This document shows, piece by piece, positions 38,084 through 44,227 of a stretch of DNA of 44,227 nucleotides. Numbering within the stretch: position 1 is the first letter of the stretch; every line of letters begins with the position of its first letter. The notes under the pieces are model-generated. The model was not told the DNA's origin. It made no database searches and saw nothing but the letters and a program-made list of their open reading frames with translations. Location of the stretch: assembly GCA_016866375.1 (NCBI GenBank), contig VGMK01000001.1:1-44227 (forward strand), written 5' to 3'. Source of the DNA: Bacteroidota bacterium. GTDB taxonomy: Bacteria > Bacteroidota > Bacteroidia > Flavobacteriales_D > Crocinitomicaceae. Both the position numbers and the translations under genes were made by a program.

Positions 38084-39571
38084 ATGAACCCAATCCAACA
38101 CTACCATAAACGCTACGAAGAAATAAAGCTAGAGAAAAAGGTTTCTTCAGATATTGACGTGTTAGCAGACCTCATTGAGAACGATAACGCTGGCTTGAAT
38201 AATTTCTTCATGGCTGCTTTTGGAATGAGCACCTTGATCTTACGCATGGGAGCGGTCATACAAATGTGCCGAAAATTTGAACTTTTGGATGAATACGGAG
38301 ATGCTCTTTTTACAAAACAAGTGTTGGATAACCTCCGCGAAACCTTGCCCTCCGATACCAGTTGGAAGAATGTTTGGAATATCAGTGCTGTGGATGATGC
38401 TTGGAAAAGTCCAACGCTTCAAGCAAAAGGCGGTCAGTCGCTCTTAGATCGGTTTGTGACATTTAGAAATAAGTTCGTACATCAAACTATTCAGTTGACT
38501 CAAAATAGTCTGCCGCAGTTAAGCAACGGAGTAACAATGTTTGAGGAACTTACAAACCTCATTTCGCTTTTTGAAAATGGGAATTTAGAACTAATCGAGG
38601 GAAAATACCATTGGGTAGAAAATAATAAATCCATATGTATGTATCCTTATGTTCAAGTTGGAATGGAAAAAGATCATCCCTACATTTTTCAGGGTTTGCA
38701 TAAGTCAAAAGAAAAAGTTGCCATTCTCAACTTAATCGCAGGAAATGAGGAAGCGCAAGAGGCTCAGATATTAGAACAAGTTTTTGAACCGATGCGCTCT
38801 TCCTTACAAGGTGGCGCCGGACAAGTATTCGATCACAGCGAACGCATTGCCTATTACCAATCTTGTTTTGTTGGTCGTGATCGAGAGAAAAATGCCATTC
38901 TAGATTTCTGTGCGCATAATGACAATCAGAACATACTCTGTGTAAAGTCTCCAGCAGGAATGGGCAAAGGAGCGTTAATTGCCGACGTGATTCAACAATT
39001 AAAAGAGAATAAAACGCAAGTGCTCTATCATTTTTGTGGTGCCGGAATGCAAAACAGTCTTCATGCTGCATTGTACCATTTTATTTTGCAGGGCACAAGA
39101 ACAGCTTACTGGGATCGCTCAGATGAAACCATTGACCGTAAATTGAATCGTTTGCCATCAAAACTTATCGATGTAATCCATTTGTTTCAGTCCTTGTTGA
39201 GTGAACACTTGAATATCCAAAAAAACAACACCACAGGAAATTTAGTCATCATCATTGACGGCCTCGACGAAGCCCAAGTTGCCTATTCACAACTCAAAAT
39301 ATCGGATTGGTTTTATTCCTACAACGAAAAAGAAGAACCGGAAGAAGATTGGCGAAGCGCATCAAACATCCGCTGGGTTTTTACCTATCGTTGCGATGAC
39401 GATGGAAAAGAATCCTTTTATCAATTTCCCAAGATGAAAGAATGTGTTCACATCGACATGCTACAGCCCCTTCAAGGACTTTCCCCAGCAGCAGTTGATG
39501 AAGCATTTAAGGATTTCAAGGTGTCTGATGATTTTAAGAAAACAGTGATTGAGAAGGCGGAGATAGTATAA
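38084..39571 (+). CDS. HEPN-like domain plus NACHT/STAND ATPase core, ending before the GxP/winged-helix region
   Basis: FRNKFVH; FVGRDRE; Walker A SPAGMGKG; YHFC; Walker B VIIIDGLDE; RWVFTYR; L.PLQGLS; ends VIEKAEIV. Confidence 0.85.
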   Translation: MNPIQHYHKRYEEIKLEKKVSSDIDVLADLIENDNAGLNNFFMAAFGMSTLILRMGAVIQMCRKFELLDEYGDALFTKQVLDNLRETLPSDTSWKNVWNISAVDDAWKSPTLQAKGGQSLLDRFVTFRNKFVHQTIQLTQNSLPQLSNGVTMFEELTNLISLFENGNLELIEGKYHWVENNKSICMYPYVQVGMEKDHPYIFQGLHKSKEKVAILNLIAGNEEAQEAQILEQVFEPMRSSLQGGAGQVFDHSERIAYYQSCFVGRDREKNAILDFCAHNDNQNILCVKSPAGMGKGALIADVIQQLKENKTQVLYHFCGAGMQNSLHAALYHFILQGTRTAYWDRSDETIDRKLNRLPSKLIDVIHLFQSLLSEHLNIQKNNTTGNLVIIIDGLDEAQVAYSQLKISDWFYSYNEKEEPEEDWRSASNIRWVFTYRCDDDGKESFYQFPKMKECVHIDMLQPLQGLSPAAVDEAFKDFKVSDDFKKTVIEKAEIV

Positions 39572-39589
39572 TTAAACTAATTTTACACC

Positions 39590-40138
39590 ATGAAAATTAT
39601 TAAAAAATTTGATCAATATATTAACTTGTCCAGTTTTCAAACGATTGAATTCTCAGACGGCATGTTAATTTTTACAGCTGAATTCTATGGTTCATATGAA
39701 ATACCTCAACAAGATATTTTATCATCAAACCCCTCTTTATCATTAGGAAAAGAACTATCGTTGATTATAAAAAAATCTCATTTTAACGAATTAAAAAATC
39801 AATTTGATAAATTTCTTTTAAGTGAAGAATGTCTCTTTGACATCTCAAAATATATTGAAGTAATCAATTTAGAAGAGGTAAACACTGACTTTTTAGATAC
39901 AAGCTCACTCGACCCTATGTTCGTAGATATAGCCAGAATTGTTGTTATTAATCAAGAAGCTTCAGCCAGTATGCTTCAACGGAAATTAAGTCTCGGATAC
40001 AATAGAGCAGGTCGAGTCGTTGACCAATTAGAAGAGGCGAATATTATTGGCCCTTTTGAAGGAAGTACTCCTAGAAAAATACACTTTCAAGATATTGAAG
40101 ATTTAGATTCGCATTTAAGGTCATTAGGTCTGATTTAA
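39590..40138 (+). CDS. Protein with C-terminal FtsK gamma domain and no motor domain
   Basis: DPMF..IARIVV..QEASASMLQRKLSLGYNRAGRVVDQLEE..IIGPFEGS.PR.I. Confidence 0.85.
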   Translation: MKIIKKFDQYINLSSFQTIEFSDGMLIFTAEFYGSYEIPQQDILSSNPSLSLGKELSLIIKKSHFNELKNQFDKFLLSEECLFDISKYIEVINLEEVNTDFLDTSSLDPMFVDIARIVVINQEASASMLQRKLSLGYNRAGRVVDQLEEANIIGPFEGSTPRKIHFQDIEDLDSHLRSLGLI

Positions 40139-40154
40139 ACTTTTAAAACATTCA

Positions 40155-40955
40155 TCACCAACTTACCTGCAACTGAAAGTTCAAGCTGTAATAATAAGTG
40201 TCCACAGGTAAGGCTCTGTAGAAATCTAAGTTGTGCTCGTAATTACAGTTAATAGACAAGTGTTTGTTTATTTTAAAAAATATACTGGCATTCATGGCCC
40301 AGCGTGGATCAAGAAAATGACTGAAGCTGTCATTTAGTGGAAATTGAATGAAATTACTTGTAGCAAAATCAATATTATCGGTGATTTTTAACGCCATTTT
40401 CACGGCATTGTTCCATCGAATCAAATTGCGTGATACGCTAGTGACAGAGCTATCAAAGTCAAAGGAAGAAAGTGCTGGGTTCCACAATTCGTGCTCAAAA
40501 AATGCCCCAGAGGCCAAATACAAATCACTTTCCTTATTTTCCCAAAACTTAAAACGCGCATTGACACCAGCCAAGGTTCTGTTCTGCATGCCTAAAATCC
40601 CGTTCCATTGCAATTGTGCATAGTAATCCGGTGAAACCCGTTTTTTATCGTTATCGCGAAGGCGTAACATGAAGTATCCGTTATTTTCCAAAAATGACGA
40701 CCCATTGGTCTGTAAAGCGGTATTTCCGAGTAAAATAAGCACTTGATTGTTTTTAAAAAACACATCCAATTCTTCTGCGCTTTCAATCTCCAGAATATTA
40801 TTCTTTTGTTTGTCCAATGCCACCCCTGAAGTCCAAGTAAAGGCAACTTTTTTCTGAATAGAATCTTGACCATTTTCCCTGTCTACGGAAAGAACTTGTG
40901 CACTCAAAGGAGCAATGAAAAACAAACTAAAGATGAGACTAATCGTACTTTTCAT
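40155..40955 (-). CDS. Outer-membrane beta-barrel protein (DUF481-like)
   Basis: Signal peptide MKSTISLIFSLFFIAPLSAQ, amphipathic strands, terminal aromatic residue (LQVSW). Confidence 0.75.
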   Translation of the reverse strand: MKSTISLIFSLFFIAPLSAQVLSVDRENGQDSIQKKVAFTWTSGVALDKQKNNILEIESAEELDVFFKNNQVLILLGNTALQTNGSSFLENNGYFMLRLRDNDKKRVSPDYYAQLQWNGILGMQNRTLAGVNARFKFWENKESDLYLASGAFFEHELWNPALSSFDFDSSVTSVSRNLIRWNNAVKMALKITDNIDFATSNFIQFPLNDSFSHFLDPRWAMNASIFFKINKHLSINCNYEHNLDFYRALPVDTYYYSLNFQLQVSW

Positions 40956-41487
40956 AGTAGATAAATGCGTGTTCATTCCAAAATTTGGTTGATTTGGTAA
41001 ATTCTTCCTCGGAAAGAGTGTGGGAAGGCAATGGTGGCGCCAAGCATCCCGGAAAACAGGTGATAACCTTCTGATCCTCTGCAATCAAGATCACATTTCG
41101 CGTGTAAATATTTGAATCGCTAGAAAATGTCCAAACTAGTATTCCTCCTCTTTCTCTTTTGACAATTTGTTTTTGTTGATCTTCTGAAAGTAAATCTATC
41201 CTAATAACCGCATCTGTGCCTACAGGTTCAGAAAATGTAAAATGATAAGCTATGCGGTTTTCACGTTGCGGAATAATTTCTTGAGGAGTGAGTGTATTTA
41301 GATGGGAAATTAAGGAAAAAGGTCCCTTGCTAAAACCAGGAAGAAACTTTGAGCCTAATTCCATCAAACGTTGTGAGATAACACGCGAAGCGGAAAAATT
41401 CTCTAACCTCTCCCTTTCAGATTCCTCTATAAATGTAAAGTGCTTGCATAAATAAAGTGCATTTTCATATCCAATTTCAAATGTCAT
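40939..41487 (-). CDS. Hypothetical protein coupled to the CorA-like gene
   Basis: KHF...GSKF, ITCFPG.LAPPLP...FWNEHAF; 4-bp overlap with the upstream gene. Confidence 0.75.
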   Translation of the reverse strand: MTFEIGYENALYLCKHFTFIEESERERLENFSASRVISQRLMELGSKFLPGFSKGPFSLISHLNTLTPQEIIPQRENRIAYHFTFSEPVGTDAVIRIDLLSEDQQKQIVKRERGGILVWTFSSDSNIYTRNVILIAEDQKVITCFPGCLAPPLPSHTLSEEEFTKSTKFWNEHAFIYYEKYD

Positions 41488-42791
41488 TTTCGCTTTAGTT
41501 TACGCATAAGTTGCTTTTTCTTCTCCGGAAATAAGTAAGATAATACCGGAATTGAAACAATGATAACCAGAAGAACTACCAAAGTGTAGAACGGTGCCAT
41601 TTCGAATTCAAAGGATTCACGTGCGCTCTCAAGAAGTTCTATGGCCGGTTCAACACTACCAATAGAAGTAAACAAACCTACAATACCTAAAAGTGTATTC
41701 ATTCTATTTTGTTGATCCTCCTGAATACTTTGGGATATTCTATTGATTCGTTCTTCAAATTTCACTAATTCTTCCTCTACAAGCATGGATTTACGGTGCT
41801 TTTCGAAAATTAAATTCGGCAGAAAATTATAGGAAATAGTACTTATGTTGTAGTTATTTAAAAAACGTTCAAATTCATTTCGGGTCTTTACAGAATCTAA
41901 GCTCATGGCACTGTTGTATCGGTAAAGATTATACTTGATAAATAAATTGAACAAATAAATTCTAAAATAGGTTTGATTAAACCTCAACAAGTCGAATTCA
42001 TTATTAAGTAAGCTTTGTCCAACAGTTGTGAAGGTATCAAATAATGGTAACATTGAATAATTATTAAAGGCTGAAATTTTACCTTCCAATAATAAGTTAA
42101 AATAGCTATCACTTGGTGAAAAATATTTATTTCCATTTGCCGAACCTATTTGAGCCACTGATCCGATGTCGTAGAGTAACTCATCTATTACTTGTTGACT
42201 TATTAATTCATTTGGCTCCAAATCCACTACAGTATATAATTTGAATTTAGATCCAGAATACTCATCTACAGGAATGCTTTTTTCATTCCAATTTGAATAA
42301 ATTTTAATTCCGTTTATTACTTCATTTTCAACCCACTTAACCCATTCCTTTTCCTTATAATCTTCAAGTTCAGCATTGAAATCTCGAGTGAAGAATGTAA
42401 GATCAGAAATATCCACTAAACTCAATTCAGTTGTATCAAAGGAAATACTGAAAAAATGCAAGCCATTTGGAAAAAGATAAACTTCTTTACTGTTGATGGT
42501 GGCCTGTGTTTTTTTTACAATCTCTTTTTCTTGATTTCTGCGTAAGAAAGTAACTATTTCATTACAGTCATTCACTAAAATTCGGGCCGCGGTCTCTTTG
42601 TTCTCTTTTCGAAAAAAAATATCTCTAAATTCAGGGTACCAATAATTCTTATGAAACTGCTGATTATCAATGATTTCATCTTTATATCCAGCATCTTTTA
42701 ATTTTCGCTCAGTCGCTCCAATTCCATCAGATTCAAAAATTCCTGTGATGCGTATGATAGATTTATTGACTTTTAGCGTTTCTTTTTCCAT
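41484..42791 (-). CDS. Divergent CorA-like membrane protein (no GMN motif)
   Basis: Large soluble domain, stalk F.N.Y....IS....N........VEEE...I..I.....Q.R.N.LL, two C-terminal TM helices, basic tail. Confidence 0.65.
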   Translation of the reverse strand: MEKETLKVNKSIIRITGIFESDGIGATERKLKDAGYKDEIIDNQQFHKNYWYPEFRDIFFRKENKETAARILVNDCNEIVTFLRRNQEKEIVKKTQATINSKEVYLFPNGLHFFSISFDTTELSLVDISDLTFFTRDFNAELEDYKEKEWVKWVENEVINGIKIYSNWNEKSIPVDEYSGSKFKLYTVVDLEPNELISQQVIDELLYDIGSVAQIGSANGNKYFSPSDSYFNLLLEGKISAFNNYSMLPLFDTFTTVGQSLLNNEFDLLRFNQTYFRIYLFNLFIKYNLYRYNSAMSLDSVKTRNEFERFLNNYNISTISYNFLPNLIFEKHRKSMLVEEELVKFEERINRISQSIQEDQQNRMNTLLGIVGLFTSIGSVEPAIELLESARESFEFEMAPFYTLVVLLVIIVSIPVLSYLFPEKKKQLMRKLKRK

Positions 42792-42925
42792 GACAGCAAT
42801 TTTGCGCTATAAATATATAAAAATGAATCCTCTTAAACTTCAATTCTTAAAGAAAGTAAATAATTCAACCTTTTATTTGCTTATCTGAAAATATTTTTAT
42901 ATACTTAAATTCATCACACACATTT

Positions 42926-43408
42926 ATGGAAAAAATCACTTCGGTGGAACGGTATGTTTATCATGTCAGCCACCCAAAAAATCGTTTGTCTATTTTAAAA
43001 AATGGGCTCAGAGGAAATGCAAATCATCCTTTTAATGTCAAGGGAGCTGTATTTGCACATAATGACATTGAACCCTCTATTGAATGGTATCCAATGAACT
43101 TGGACTGTATTCTCATGCCTATGGAGCAGTATATCCAAGTATTGGAAGCTTATGATTACTGGCGTATTGACACCTTCGCCTTGGGGGCCGATTGGTTTCA
43201 CGATGAAATTATGACGGAAGAAACTTGGCCGTCCATCCGTCCAACACATAAGCTATATGTCTACACTGCTACAAATATCCCCTTGGAATACCTTACCCTG
43301 TGCAAGGTTCAAGAGGAGCGAGTGTGTCTGCAACAGGCAGTTGAAGGTGTGGTAACTGTTTCATTTAAACCAGCTTTTCGACCTTATGATATTAATCGTT
43401 ATCTCTAA
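42926..43408 (+). CDS. Putative ADP-ribosyltransferase-fold protein
   Basis: YVYHVS...NR.SILKNGL, VFA, W.IDT, YT..NIP.EYL. Confidence 0.55.
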   Translation: MEKITSVERYVYHVSHPKNRLSILKNGLRGNANHPFNVKGAVFAHNDIEPSIEWYPMNLDCILMPMEQYIQVLEAYDYWRIDTFALGADWFHDEIMTEETWPSIRPTHKLYVYTATNIPLEYLTLCKVQEERVCLQQAVEGVVTVSFKPAFRPYDINRYL

Positions 43409-43430
43409 TATAAACTAAATTCTTAAACAC

Positions 43431-43901
43431 ATGGAAAAAGTAACTATTTCGCGAATTTCTGAAAAAGAACAACAAGAAAACTCTTTATTATTGATGGAAT
43501 TTTTTCATGCATTTTCATCAGGTGTTTTATATAAACTAGAACAACTTCTTCACGACGATGGCGTATTTTTCGGGAAATTCAATAAACAAAAAACCATAAG
43601 TATTTTGTACAAGTTGTTGCACGATGAAAAAAGACTCGTACATGCCCATTTTTCATACCAAAACCAAGGATTTTCAACCGACCTTCGCATGGGTGAGCCC
43701 GTACTTGAAATGCGCTTTATTCCAGAATACCCATTCGACGACGACAACTACGAAAGGTCCAATTTTGGCGAAGCCCCCAACCTTCCCTTCAACGAAACAG
43801 TAATACGCATGGCTATAGGATTCAAAGACAGGCAAATTTACAGTATCCGTTACCCCAAAAAAGTGAAAGCCTGTCTGAAAGAAGTGATGGAGCGAAATTG
43901 A
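43431..43901 (+). CDS. Hypothetical protein
   Basis: 156-aa ORF co-oriented with the upstream gene. Confidence 0.65.
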   Translation: MEKVTISRISEKEQQENSLLLMEFFHAFSSGVLYKLEQLLHDDGVFFGKFNKQKTISILYKLLHDEKRLVHAHFSYQNQGFSTDLRMGEPVLEMRFIPEYPFDDDNYERSNFGEAPNLPFNETVIRMAIGFKDRQIYSIRYPKKVKACLKEVMERN

Positions 43902-44097
43902 AGAAGCTTTATATCCCTTCTTTAAGTATTCAATCGTTTTTGCAAATTTGGGTTTAGAAAGAAAAGTTATGAGATCCTCTTTTGAACCGTGAACCCTTCC
44001 TTTATAAACACCATGTTTGAGAGCCACCGATTTTAAAACTTCAAAGTTGTATTTGAAATTCGCTCAATATCTTCCCTCAACATGTTCGATATTTCAG
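43902..44097 (-). pseudogene. Remnant of a small resolvase-type recombinase C-terminus
   Basis: ALKHGVYKGRVHGSKE...FLSKPK..K.IEYLKKGY resembles the resolvase arm/HTH linker; no catalytic domain in frame. Confidence 0.5.
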
Positions 44098-44116
44098 ATC
44101 TTCCGCCAACAAAACT

Positions 44117-44158
44117 AACCCCTGAAATTATTGATTATCAAAGATTTAGGGGTTTTTT
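44117..44158 (+). terminator. Imperfect hairpin with T tract
   Basis: AACCCCTGAAAT...TTGAT-T-ATCAA...ATTTAGGGGTT then TTTT. Confidence 0.5.
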
Positions 44159-44227
44159 ATTTTTTCTTGCAACAAGTTTGCTACAATTGTTACATTAACC
44201 TACAAAAATTAGACAAAATCTCTTTTC

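Noticed and set aside
39590..40138. Calling this gene ftsK
   Set aside because: Only the gamma domain is present; no TM or ATPase motor domains.
40956..41084. N-terminal extension of the beta-barrel ORF
   Set aside because: Overlaps the upstream gene; the signal peptide starts at ATG 40955.

Overview
AT-rich Bacteroidota-like DNA (TAnnTTTG promoters, DUF4407 and FISUMP families). It begins with tRNA-Gln(TTG), into whose 3' end a large serine recombinase gene reads, so it looks like the left end of an integrated island; no convincing second att copy was seen. The cargo is defence-rich: (i) an XRE/C-protein, C5-methyltransferase, DpnII-fold endonuclease, ParB-like, SNF2, DUF3883 operon; (ii) two DEDDh exonucleases (one fused to two FISUMP domains, one ExoI-like) around a Trp-rich repeat protein; (iii) a cassette-like gene bounded by inverted repeats; (iv) a DUF4407x2, OmpA, transglutaminase, DUF350 envelope operon; (v) a CorA-like two-gene unit and an ART-like gene. 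The most striking feature (26953-39571) appears to be a split STAND/NLR system. Three tandem genes share a near-identical ~122-codon 5' module resembling the GxP/helical/winged-helix part of a NACHT protein, each fused to a different helical sensor (one has 21 hypervariable TPR-like repeats). The NACHT ATPase core is a separate downstream gene that stops about where the shared module begins, and it and a degenerate paralogue carry HEPN-like RNxxxH motifs. All family calls are motif recognition by eye; no searches were run.
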